NCBI GenBank assembly: GCA_025062295.1
Contig: JANXAJ010000003.1
Span: forward strand, 16,099-80,098
Direction of reading: 5' to 3'
Source: Bacteroidia bacterium
GTDB lineage: Bacteria > Bacteroidota > Bacteroidia > SpSt-205
Length of the DNA stretch: 64,000 nucleotides
Shown here: positions 1 to 9,057 of the stretch, in pieces
How the letters are laid out: every line of letters starts with the position of its first letter
Position numbering within the stretch: the first letter of the stretch is position 1
Translations under genes and position numbers: made by a program
Notes under the pieces: generated by a model
What the model was told of the DNA's origin: nothing
What the model saw: only the letters and a program-made list of their open reading frames with translations
Databases searched by the model: none

Positions 1-1185
1 TCTTTAGTGCTTTTGGCGCTACCCATGGGGCTTCTCATGGCAGGACTTATGACGATGGGCAATCTGGGGGAACGGCTAGAGATTACTGCTCTCCTAACAG
101 CTGGAGTGCCTTTTATTCGTATCCTCTCTCCGCTACTCTGGAGCGGCTGCGGAAGCATCCTCCTCGCCGCCATTCTCTCATGGTATCTCATTCCTCAAGC
201 CAACATAAAGCTTTATACTCTACTTTATGACATGGAACAGGCCAAGCCAGCTTTAGCCCTCAAGCCTGGCTTCTTCAATCGGTGGATAGATGGCTATGCT
301 ATACGGATTGGGCGCATTCTGGGAGAGTCTCACCTTCGCGACATTCTTATCTACGAGTATGCTCCAGATGGAAGTATAGAGCGAACGATTGTAGCCGATT
401 CGGGAATCTCTTTCATAGAGAAAGAATGGCTCTTCCTAAGGTTTGTCTTATATGGGGGCTGTCAGGTGGAGACAATCCTCAAACCTCAACACTCACCAGC
501 TTGGAGTGAAAGCTGTTTTGATAGCTTAGAGCTGCGCTTAGATATTTCCGGATTAGGTTTGCGCCGGTCAGATGAAAAGCTCTTTGCTGGACACCAGTAT
601 ATGCTTCCAATCGGTGCTCTGAGAAAAGCAGTGGATAGCTTGAGACGCACCTGCCGTCAGACTGAAGAAGAGATATATGCCGCCCTCAAGGTAAGTTTTC
701 CTTCCCCTCGCCAAGGTACTGCTGAAGTCCCTAAGGGTATTCAATCTACTTCTTTTTCTTATGAGGCGGAAAATCTTCTGCGTCGCGACCGAAGCTTGGC
801 TGAATATCATGCTCAGAGGCTAAGACAGCTTCATGAGACTCTCTGGCGATATGAGCTTGAGTGGTGGTATAAATTTGCCTACCCCTTAGCTACGATTGTT
901 TTTCTTGTCCTGGGGGCTACTTTAGGGGGAGTCATTCGGAAAGGGGGATTAGGAATGCCTCTTGTGGTCTCTACGGCTTTGTTCATACTATTCTACATTT
1001 TGAATGCCCAAGGCAAAAAGCTTGCGCGAGAGGGAGTCCTGCTGCCTATTATTGGCGCTTTCTTACCCCTTCTCGTGATTATACCTGTTGCACTTTATCT
1101 CCTGCTTTTAGTCACTACAGAAGCCCGATGGCTCTATTTAGATTTTTGGCGCAAAAAGATAAGACAGTGGCGCGGGTCCTCGTAA
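1..1185 (+). CDS. LptF/LptG (YjgP/YjgQ) family LPS export permease, 5'-truncated by the window edge. The ORF track starts it at GTG 7, but the frame is open back to nt 1.
   Basis: Multi-TM protein with a large central soluble domain (IYEYAPDGSIER...) and C-terminal TM helices typical of LptF/G. There is no stop between nt 1 and 7. Confidence 0.65.
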   Translation, partial: SLVLLALPMGLLMAGLMTMGNLGERLEITALLTAGVPFIRILSPLLWSGCGSILLAAILSWYLIPQANIKLYTLLYDMEQAKPALALKPGFFNRWIDGYAIRIGRILGESHLRDILIYEYAPDGSIERTIVADSGISFIEKEWLFLRFVLYGGCQVETILKPQHSPAWSESCFDSLELRLDISGLGLRRSDEKLFAGHQYMLPIGALRKAVDSLRRTCRQTEEEIYAALKVSFPSPRQGTAEVPKGIQSTSFSYEAENLLRRDRSLAEYHAQRLRQLHETLWRYELEWWYKFAYPLATIVFLVLGATLGGVIRKGGLGMPLVVSTALFILFYILNAQGKKLAREGVLLPIIGAFLPLLVIIPVALYLLLLVTTEARWLYLDFWRKKIRQWRGSS

Positions 1186-2132
1186 TTCAGACGGCTTTTT
1201 TAGGAGATGCTTTACTGACCCTTCCTCTTATCCGACGTTTGCAAGAGGCATTTCCATCGGCAGAAGTTCATTGGCTTCTTCGCAAAGGGAACGAAGAACT
1301 ATTTGAGCAGCATCCGTGGAAGTTCCGACTTTGGACTTGGGATAAAAGCTGGCGTGATTTTCTTCGTTTATACCGAGAGCTTTCACAGCTTGAGTGGGAG
1401 GGGATTATCGTAGTTCAACGCTTTTTTAGGATGGGACTGCTTGGATGGCTGTTAAAGGCTCGGTGGCGCATCGCTTATGATAAAAGCCCTTTGAGCTTTC
1501 TCTACACTCATGCTGTGCCCCACGAAGTGAGGGAAGGGGTTCACGAGACGACTCGGGTTTTAGCTCTTCTTCGTCCGCTGGGTTTCTCTCCCACACTTCC
1601 TCCTCCGCCATGGCTTTTTCCTTCTGAGTTACCCTTCTTCAAGAAGCCTTACATTGTAGTGGCTCCTGCTTCCCGTTGGGCAACGAAGGAAGCCCCACTG
1701 GAGTATTGGGCTCGCTTCCTTCAGCAGGTACCCCTGACCTATCATGTATATCTTACAGCCGATGCTTCGCAGTGGGCTAAGCTGGAGAAGCTGACTGCTT
1801 TTCATCCTAAAGTGGAAAATGTGGCAGGCAAACTGTCTCTCCGAGAGGTGGCAGCCCTAGTAGCTGGAGCCGAACGGCTCTACACGGTAGATAGTGCGCT
1901 TACTCACTTTGGCTCTGCCCTGAATGTGCCCACAACGACCATATACTGCTCAACCCTCCCAGCGTTCGGGTTTGGGCCACTCGCCCCTGGAAGTGAAGTA
2001 GTAGAAACTCCGCTACCCCTTGCATGCCGCCCCTGCGGCATCCACGGACGACGAACCTGTCCCCTAAGCCATTTCCAGTGCGGGCATACCCTTCCTTTAC
2101 CGCAGATGAGGGAAAAGTATCCTCTCAGATAG
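1128..2132 (+). CDS. Glycosyltransferase family 9 (ADP-heptose:LPS heptosyltransferase)
   Basis: N-terminus VLVIQTAFLGDALLTLPLIRRLQEAFP matches the GT9 heptosyltransferase start. An in-frame GTG at 1167 is an alternative start with less overlap of the upstream gene. Confidence 0.75.
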   Translation: MALFRFLAQKDKTVARVLVIQTAFLGDALLTLPLIRRLQEAFPSAEVHWLLRKGNEELFEQHPWKFRLWTWDKSWRDFLRLYRELSQLEWEGIIVVQRFFRMGLLGWLLKARWRIAYDKSPLSFLYTHAVPHEVREGVHETTRVLALLRPLGFSPTLPPPPWLFPSELPFFKKPYIVVAPASRWATKEAPLEYWARFLQQVPLTYHVYLTADASQWAKLEKLTAFHPKVENVAGKLSLREVAALVAGAERLYTVDSALTHFGSALNVPTTTIYCSTLPAFGFGPLAPGSEVVETPLPLACRPCGIHGRRTCPLSHFQCGHTLPLPQMREKYPLR

Positions 2133-2323
2133 CTTTCCAAATAGAGACTTGCTTATGTCCCAAAAGGAGAGAGCTACCCGCCGGCGTGGGCTCACCAGCT
2201 ATTCAGAGTCCTGCATGCTCTTATCTCACGCATTTAGGTATAACCATCACCGCTCAGATAAAATTTACCCTGCGTAGAATCGGAGGCAAGTCTCTAAGTT
2301 ACTTTAGCCTTTGTAGTTTGCTT

Positions 2324-5300
2324 CTATTCCTCTTGATAGGTAATAATAAGGTTATCTCCTGGTCTGATAGCATCAGAAGAGAGTCGGTTAAGCATGCGAA
2401 GCTGCTCTACCGAGACATTATACTTTTCAGCAATTGAGAAGAGAGTTTCCCCCCCTTGCACCTCATGGATACGAGCGCGAGGGAGCTTCTTATGAGAAGG
2501 AATTTCAGATGTGATTCTAGGATCCTCTAAGAAGAAGCGACGCCGCTCGGCTCCTGTGAGGAGGCGAAGGTTTTGCTCATAGGCAAAATCAATCAGGGCC
2601 TGCTTATCAGGAAGGAGAGGATAAAGTAGGACTGCACCTTTTGCCCCTGGCACGACCAGCAGCTTTCCATCTGGGCTAAAAGCTGGCTTGAAATAAATGT
2701 GAAGAGGGAAAGGATACTCTGTCAGTTGAAGGAAGGAGCGACCACTCCAAAGCCGCGCCCGCTGATCGGTACCAATAGAGAGAATATGAAGTCCTGTTGG
2801 ACTCCACTGGACCGCATAAGGAATGCCCTTATGCCCATGGAGGGTACTCAGAAGCCGTCCAGTGGGAACCTCCCATACACGAAGGGTAGAATCAACCCCA
2901 GCAGTAACAACTTTCGTACCGTCGGGACTGAAAGCCGCAGCTTTGAGAGCTCCCCGATGCCCTTGCAGTCGGGCCATGAAACGTCCATCCCAGCTCCAGA
3001 GAGAAGCTGTCCCATCCTCGCTCAGAGCTAAAATAGCCTGTTCATCTGGCGAAAGGAGGACTTGGGAAATCGGCCCATCATGAGCCTGTAGTCGGGTCTG
3101 ATTCAGCTCGGATATTGATGGAAACAGATACAAAACCCCTCCTTGAGTACTTATCACAGCGCGCTTGCCGTCACGAGTTAGAGCCCCGTGCAATACTTCA
3201 CTCTCCACTCTGAGAGTATGAAGAAGGGTCCCTGAGGAGCCCTGCCAGAGCCGAGCCGTCTTGTCCAAAGAAGTGGTCAGAACTACACTACCATCTGAAG
3301 ATAAAGCAACATGAGTCAGATTATCTCTATGACCCCACAACCGAGCTGTGCTCTGACCCTTACTCAAGTCCCACACCCGAGCTGAGAAATCCTCTGCTAA
3401 GGAAACTAAGAATCGGAGATCCTGAGAAAAATATACTTTCTCCACAATATGGGTGTGTCCCTTGAGCACTTCTTGAGAAGCACCTGTCTGGACATCCCAC
3501 ACCCGAATGGTTTTATCCCAGCTGGCAGTAGCCAAGCTTTTGCCATCTGGACTAAAAACAGCATACACTACGCGATTCTTGTGCCCGATGAATCGTTTCA
3601 GAGGCTTAGGGTAGAGAAGAGCGTGAAGGGCGTAGTAGAGAGCCGCTTCCGCTTCTTCTACATAAGGTCTTTCCTCAGGAGCACCGATAGTACGGGGGAG
3701 GGCTTCCATAGCAAGCCGAGCCCCAATCTCGGGCTTACCCTGCCTAGTTTGATCCTCTGAGAGAGCCGCTAAGAAGAGAGACTGAAGGATTAGAGCCTTA
3801 TTGCGCTGGATAACAGCAAGTTTAGTTTGATATTCCGCTTGATGACGATCGTGCTCTGCATTGATGCGAGCAGCATCGGCAAGCCGAGTCTGATTTTCAG
3901 CAATCCGCTGCTGGATGAGAGCCCGCTCACGTTCAAGCTCGGCTATTCGGCGCTGAGTCTCAGCCACTTGACGCTGCTTCTCTGCATTCAACCTCTCTGC
4001 CTGAGCAATGCGTAACGCATTCTCTGCTAAAAGCTTTTGTTGAAGGGCAATAAGCCGCTCTCTTTCAGCAACAAGCTGTTGATAGCGGGCTTCGGCAGCG
4101 TTTTTTTCAGCAAGCATTCGCTGCTCTTGGGCAATCTGAGCTTGACGACGAGCTTCAGCTGCATTCTTCTCCGCTAAGAGCCGCTGAGTCTGAGCATAAT
4201 AAAGTGCTATCAAACTCAGAAGGAAAAGAATTGTAATCACCGCCAGAGCCAAGAGCAGAAGGCGCCGATTCCTCTCTATGCGAGCCTTACTTCTGGCAAG
4301 GTAAAGCTCAATCGCATCTCGTAGCGCAATCGCCTGAGTGAGAGGCTCCACATCAGGAACAAACTCCTCAGGAGGAATATAGCGGCGCATCCAAGCCGGA
4401 TTCGGGCGCCGCTCATAGTACCATTCAGAGAAATACTGATATGCCCCTCCACTCAGAAGCAGCCGAACATTCTGTTGGGCAGCAAGCCAACGCTGCACTT
4501 GAAACTTGAGTTCCCTAAAGATCCGAACGCTCTGCGCCTCTGACTCTGCCCACCGAATGAGCCGATCCCAATTCCGAATAAGAGCCTCATGGGAAATAGT
4601 CAGAGTATCTGTAGGACTGAGCTCATAGGAGGCTCCCTCCAGAAGGATAGGCTGAAGAAAGCTGACTTGCGGGAAGCGAAATAGCGCTGCCACCCGTGCT
4701 ACCACTGCTGAAGTGATTCCTTGCATGCCCAGAATGTCTGTAATCTGCTGAAGGGTAAGTCGTGCCCGAACCGCTCGCCCTTCATCAATCCGAGTGAGTG
4801 AGACAAAAAGAGTCTGAGCAATCACCTGAAGAAGCTCCAAGGAAAGCGCCTCTCCATACTGCTTCTCATATAAAACATCAAGATGGGAATAAAGCCATTC
4901 TGCGTGAAAGTTAAGTACATTCCGAAGTTTTGGGCTCTCGTAGAGGTCTTTCTCCACCTGGGGGAGGCTTGCAAGATACTTCTCAAAAAGAGGGCGGTCT
5001 TGTTCAGAGAGTTTATTAGCGCTGAGTCCACCTACCATAGCGTAATGGAGGAGGTCCAAGGGCTCCTTGCCTTCCTGAGCGGCATGCCAGATTCGATGAA
5101 GTACATGCTGAAGCACAGGTAGTTGATCAATCCCATCTCCTAAGTCATTCAGAAGGCGCTGAGTGAGTCGGGGAGTGATGCGTTCTCCATTCAGTTCCAC
5201 CGGTTTCTCTATCACCGCCTGAAACTCCTCCCGACTCAGGCGAGGGACAAAATAGGTGCTCTCTCCAATCAGCTCAGCAAAACCATGAAAGGCCACACAC

Positions 5301-6853
5301 TGACCAATGAAGTCAGAACGCATGGTGAAAATCACCCAAATCGGCAGATTATCGCGCTGGGCAATGCGAATCGTTTCAGAGAGCACATTCACCGTGATCT
5401 GCGCAAGAGGAGAAGCAACTCCAGCCGAGTAATTCTCCTCATTCGTGAAAAACTCCTCAAACTGATCCACTAAAACAAGGAGGTTCTGACCTTCTCGCAG
5501 GCGAAGAAGCTTTTCCTCATCTGGAAGCCGCAAGAAATCTGGAGCTGTTGGGTCTATGTAAGCCTGGGACTCTTTATACAACTCTACAAGGGCAGAAAAG
5601 CCGTAAGATAGACGAGTTTCTACTCGTCCAACATCACTATAGCCAAGAGCGCTGGCAAGGGCACTCGCTAAGTTTGTAAGGGGTTGCTTTTCGGGACGAA
5701 AAGCTGCAATAGCCCACCCTGGATAGGGAGCTGACATGAGATTGGCTCGAAGGGCTGGCAGTACGCCAGCAAAGACCAACGAAGACTTCCCGTCCCCCGA
5801 AGAGCCTGTTATCATGATGAACTTTTTCTCCCTCAGTTGTTCTAAAATTTTACTAATGTGCCGCTCACGCCCATGGAAAAAGACTGCCTCTTTTTCTTCA
5901 AAAGGACGCAGACCAATGTAAGGACAAAGGTGGGGTGTATCTGGCCAGACAGAAGTGCTTCGGGCTTCAGCCAGAGCAGTCGTTATTTCCTCCTCCAAAT
6001 TTTCAGGCTCTGTAAGGCGAAGACGAATATTAGGCACTTGGATAGAAAGATGACGATTCCGCACAGGGGTTGGCAATCCTAAAAGAAGCATAGGGGTTGG
6101 TCGGCTTAGCCCGCCGCCTGCCTTCCAGATCTGCTGTGCAAGGGAGACGGCCCAGTCTCCTGCCCGATGAAAAAAGAGGACTAAAAGCTGACTCTGCTGA
6201 TAAAGACGAAGAGCTTCTGCAGTATCAGCTTCTGCTACTTCTGGCCGAAAAGAGAGAGATTGCAGGCGATAGCGTTGTGAAAGTGTCTCTACTAAGGAGA
6301 AGCAGCTCGCTGCATCTCGTACGTTGTGAATAAACCCGATTTCATACTGCTTGACCGCTTGTCGAGCTTCTACGGCTTCACTGAGAAAAGCTCGGACCTC
6401 ACCAACTAAAAGAGGTAAGCTTGAGGTACGGGTGAGCATTACCCGCTCTGTCAGGGTATTCTCAACATGAGTCAGAAGCTCTTGCACCTCCACATCATAC
6501 AGCGCAGTCTCATCCAATGGTGCCCAAATCAGCAGTCTGAAGGTCGGAGAGACTTGCTGAAGTAGCGCATCATATTGGCGCCGCAGCAGAAGCGACCCAT
6601 CAGGAAGAATAGGTCCTTTAGTAGTGCCAATAATCAAGAAAGCCGCATCATAGCGCTGCCCCACTTGTGAAAGAACTATCGGATTATACTCTCCACCCAC
6701 TTCCACCTCATAGCCCGCATTCTTGAGCATAATGCTGAGCACCTCTCGGCGGGTAGAATCGGCTTCAGCCGTCCATCCCACCCATATGGAAAGGACCCTG
6801 ACCCCTTCCCCAGAAGAAGGAGCAGTTACAACAGCCTGCATATGATTAGACAA
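2324..6853 (-). CDS. 1509-aa multidomain protein: duplicated N-terminal alpha/beta domains, STAND-type P-loop NTPase, one TM helix, coiled coil, WD40 beta-propeller and C-terminal LysM
   Basis: PYIGLRPFEEKEAVFFHGRE motif precedes Walker A (ITGSSGDGKSS) and Walker B (LLVLVDQFEEFF). Hydrophobic segment LLLLALAVITILFLLSLIALYY follows. Next comes an A/E/R/Q-rich heptad region (LAEKNAAEARRQAQIAQEQRM...), then at least 8 WD40 units (GH..V..V.FSPDG...S.D.T.R.W). A LysM (GETLFSIAEKYNVSVEQLRMLNRLSSDAIRPGDNLII) sits at the C-terminus. Confidence 0.8.
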   Translation of the reverse strand: MSNHMQAVVTAPSSGEGVRVLSIWVGWTAEADSTRREVLSIMLKNAGYEVEVGGEYNPIVLSQVGQRYDAAFLIIGTTKGPILPDGSLLLRRQYDALLQQVSPTFRLLIWAPLDETALYDVEVQELLTHVENTLTERVMLTRTSSLPLLVGEVRAFLSEAVEARQAVKQYEIGFIHNVRDAASCFSLVETLSQRYRLQSLSFRPEVAEADTAEALRLYQQSQLLVLFFHRAGDWAVSLAQQIWKAGGGLSRPTPMLLLGLPTPVRNRHLSIQVPNIRLRLTEPENLEEEITTALAEARSTSVWPDTPHLCPYIGLRPFEEKEAVFFHGRERHISKILEQLREKKFIMITGSSGDGKSSLVFAGVLPALRANLMSAPYPGWAIAAFRPEKQPLTNLASALASALGYSDVGRVETRLSYGFSALVELYKESQAYIDPTAPDFLRLPDEEKLLRLREGQNLLVLVDQFEEFFTNEENYSAGVASPLAQITVNVLSETIRIAQRDNLPIWVIFTMRSDFIGQCVAFHGFAELIGESTYFVPRLSREEFQAVIEKPVELNGERITPRLTQRLLNDLGDGIDQLPVLQHVLHRIWHAAQEGKEPLDLLHYAMVGGLSANKLSEQDRPLFEKYLASLPQVEKDLYESPKLRNVLNFHAEWLYSHLDVLYEKQYGEALSLELLQVIAQTLFVSLTRIDEGRAVRARLTLQQITDILGMQGITSAVVARVAALFRFPQVSFLQPILLEGASYELSPTDTLTISHEALIRNWDRLIRWAESEAQSVRIFRELKFQVQRWLAAQQNVRLLLSGGAYQYFSEWYYERRPNPAWMRRYIPPEEFVPDVEPLTQAIALRDAIELYLARSKARIERNRRLLLLALAVITILFLLSLIALYYAQTQRLLAEKNAAEARRQAQIAQEQRMLAEKNAAEARYQQLVAERERLIALQQKLLAENALRIAQAERLNAEKQRQVAETQRRIAELERERALIQQRIAENQTRLADAARINAEHDRHQAEYQTKLAVIQRNKALILQSLFLAALSEDQTRQGKPEIGARLAMEALPRTIGAPEERPYVEEAEAALYYALHALLYPKPLKRFIGHKNRVVYAVFSPDGKSLATASWDKTIRVWDVQTGASQEVLKGHTHIVEKVYFSQDLRFLVSLAEDFSARVWDLSKGQSTARLWGHRDNLTHVALSSDGSVVLTTSLDKTARLWQGSSGTLLHTLRVESEVLHGALTRDGKRAVISTQGGVLYLFPSISELNQTRLQAHDGPISQVLLSPDEQAILALSEDGTASLWSWDGRFMARLQGHRGALKAAAFSPDGTKVVTAGVDSTLRVWEVPTGRLLSTLHGHKGIPYAVQWSPTGLHILSIGTDQRARLWSGRSFLQLTEYPFPLHIYFKPAFSPDGKLLVVPGAKGAVLLYPLLPDKQALIDFAYEQNLRLLTGAERRRFFLEDPRITSEIPSHKKLPRARIHEVQGGETLFSIAEKYNVSVEQLRMLNRLSSDAIRPGDNLIITYQEE
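3830..4210. repeat. Imperfect in-frame tandem repeats encoding the coiled-coil segment of the 1509-aa protein
   Basis: Repeated DNA blocks such as gcattcttctccgctaagagccgctg and gcgtttttttcagcaagcattcgctg. At protein level there are two 21-aa units (LAEKNAAEAR...) followed by degenerate heptads. Confidence 0.4.
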
Positions 6854-6984
6854 ATATACAGAAAAAGCCTTTGGAGCAGTCCAGAAGGAGGCAAAGACTC
6901 TTCTTCCAGAGAGGGAAATGCGAAGAGCTCAGTTGGAATTCAAACCTATGGAAAATTGCAGGGGGCATCCTTTACTTTTGCAGC

Positions 6985-8367
6985 GTGCCATCTATAGCAG
7001 AAATTTACGCCTCTCCACCAATAGGTCAGCTTCTCAAAGTAGAAGGATGGATTCGCACACGCCGAACGACTCGAACTGTGAGCTTCGTAGAGCTGCAAGA
7101 TGGCTCCACACTCAAAGCCCTCCAACTGGTCCTATCCCATGAAAAGATCTCCTTAGACCGAATAGAAGCTACCCTTCATACAGGTGCCAGCATAGCTGTA
7201 TGGGGCATTCTTCGCAGCACGCCTGATCGTCCTCAGCCCTTTGAGATAGAAGTGGAAGACTTTATCCTCTACGGAGAGGCTGACCCTACTACTTATCCCC
7301 TCCAGAAAAAAGCTCATTCCTTAGAATTTCTGAGAGAGATCAGCCATTTGCGTCCTCGCACACGCACTTTTCAAGCTATTTTTCGTATTCGCAGCGGGCT
7401 CTCTTTTGCCATTCATCAGTATTTCCAAGAACGAGGATTCGTATATGTCCATACGCCGATTTTGACGCCCTCTGACTGTGAGGGCGGGGGTCAGCTCTTT
7501 CAGGTAACCACGCTGGCCTTGGAGGCTCTCCCTCGTCATCCTGACGGTCGGATTGCATATGAAAAGGACTTCTTCGGACGACCAGCTTATCTCACCGTCA
7601 GCGGTCAATTAGAGGGAGAAATGTTGTCCATGGGACTTGGCAAAATCTATACTTTCGGGCCTACCTTCCGTGCTGAACCTTCTCATACCCCTCGGCATTT
7701 AGCTGAATTTTGGATGATTGAACCTGAAATGGCATTCTATGACCTTGACATGACAATGGACTTAGCAGAGGACTTTCTCCAATTTCTCACTAAAGCAATT
7801 CTTCAAAGACATAGAGAAGAACTGGAGTTCCTAAGAGAGCACTACGAAGAAAAGCTCATCCATGAGCTTGAGAAGGTGGCAGAGAGCCGTTTCATCCGCC
7901 TCTCATACACAGAAGCTATAGATATCCTGAATAAAAGTGGGAAATCCTTTCAGTTTCCTACGAGCTGGGGCAGTGATCTTCAAGCTGAGCATGAGCGCTA
8001 CTTAGTAGAGGAGTATGCGGGGCAGCCAGTCATCGTTTATAACTATCCAAAAGAGATCAAGGCATTCTATATGCGTCAAAACGATGATGGACGCACTGTA
8101 GCTGCTTTTGATGTGCTTTTCCCTCGGATTGGAGAAGTGATTGGAGGATCTCAGCGGGAGGAACGCTACGAACAGCTCCTTCGGCGCATGGAGGAAAGGG
8201 GTATGGACCCCTTCCCTTATCAGAACTACTTAGACATTCGGCGCTATGGCAGCGTGCCTCACAGCGGATTCGGACTGGGCCTGGAACGATTTCTCCTTTT
8301 TCTTACTGGAATGACCAATGTCCGAGATGTAATCCCTTTTTTCCGTTCAGCTGGCCAGATGGCCTAA
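6985..8367 (+). CDS. asnS: Asparaginyl-tRNA synthetase
   Basis: Class II aaRS motifs FRAEPSHTPRHLAEFWMIEPE and GGSQREERYE. The ORF track starts at 6871, but the N-terminus aligning to AsnS (PSIAEIYASPPIGQLLKVEGWIRTRR) begins at in-frame GTG 6985. Confidence 0.85.
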   Translation: MPSIAEIYASPPIGQLLKVEGWIRTRRTTRTVSFVELQDGSTLKALQLVLSHEKISLDRIEATLHTGASIAVWGILRSTPDRPQPFEIEVEDFILYGEADPTTYPLQKKAHSLEFLREISHLRPRTRTFQAIFRIRSGLSFAIHQYFQERGFVYVHTPILTPSDCEGGGQLFQVTTLALEALPRHPDGRIAYEKDFFGRPAYLTVSGQLEGEMLSMGLGKIYTFGPTFRAEPSHTPRHLAEFWMIEPEMAFYDLDMTMDLAEDFLQFLTKAILQRHREELEFLREHYEEKLIHELEKVAESRFIRLSYTEAIDILNKSGKSFQFPTSWGSDLQAEHERYLVEEYAGQPVIVYNYPKEIKAFYMRQNDDGRTVAAFDVLFPRIGEVIGGSQREERYEQLLRRMEERGMDPFPYQNYLDIRRYGSVPHSGFGLGLERFLLFLTGMTNVRDVIPFFRSAGQMA

Positions 8368-8538
8368 TCCTCTTTTCCCCCGAGGTCTCTTGAAGGTCCA
8401 CCCTTTGCTGCCTTCCCTTACACATAAGATACTCACTCCTCGCTCAGAAACGCCTCCCTCTCCCTCTTCTCATCACTAAAAAGAAGCCCCCCTTGGGGCG
8501 CGCCAAAGGACAGAAAGGGCATATTACAAGCTAAACTT

Positions 8539-9057
8539 TTAGGTGGGCTGAAGCTGACGCTTTTGAACGAAAGCAGAAAGAATATCACCGTAGCTGGGAT
8601 GACGACTGGCCAGAAACTGAACTCCAAGGAGGACAGCCCCTTGAGCATCATAAGGACGAGTGAAACTTACAGGGTAGCCACGCACCGTCTCAAATATGGT
8701 TTCCAAATAGGTCTCTGGAGCACTCTCATTAGGACATGGCATAATAATGAGAGGCTGCTGTATAGTTACAGAAGCAACAATAACGGGAAGCAAATAGGCA
8801 CTGCGTCCAGCTGCCCATACACAAACACTTGCACCTAAATTTTCTATCACTGAACGCAGGGCACCTATCGTTGGGTGGATCGGCAGAACCTCCTCACGAT
8901 AAAATATTCCCATTTGGGAGAGAATGGAACGAGCTTCCTCTAGCGCGTTAGAGCTTTCAAAAGCCTCTCTAAGCAGGACAATCTCTGAGCGGCTCATGGA
9001 GCAAAGATAGAGGTTTTCTAATGTACTTTTGAGGGATGAGGGGTGCGCGCTTGCCAC
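8539..9057 (-). CDS. Hypothetical protein, possibly an alpha/beta (LUD-like) fold; function unknown
   Basis: Intact 172-aa ORF divergent from ftsX. I recognise no diagnostic motif with certainty. Confidence 0.35.
   Translation of the reverse strand: MASAHPSSLKSTLENLYLCSMSRSEIVLLREAFESSNALEEARSILSQMGIFYREEVLPIHPTIGALRSVIENLGASVCVWAAGRSAYLLPVIVASVTIQQPLIIMPCPNESAPETYLETIFETVRGYPVSFTRPYDAQGAVLLGVQFLASRHPSYGDILSAFVQKRQLQPT

Noticed and set aside
282-810. ORFs 282-509 (+) and 568-810 (-) inside the lptF/G gene
   Set aside because: Alternative-frame or antisense ORFs within a well-supported permease gene, with no domain signal.
2133-2323. 191-nt convergent intergenic region between the heptosyltransferase and the STAND gene
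   Set aside because: I scanned it for SRP RNA or other ncRNA consensus blocks and found none. It is likely just 3' UTRs.
2699-4015. Plus-strand ORFs of 62-110 aa (2699-3031, 2823-3083, 3449-3760, 3827-4015, and also 4883-6333) inside the 1509-aa minus-strand gene
   Set aside because: They lie antisense to a strongly supported multidomain CDS, have low-complexity Ser/Pro/Arg-rich translations and lack recognisable motifs. They are typical shadow ORFs.
8460-8510. Possible rho-independent terminator after asnS (gaagccccccttggggcgcg)
   Set aside because: Stem is only about 4-5 bp with mismatches and no following T-tract, so it is not convincing.
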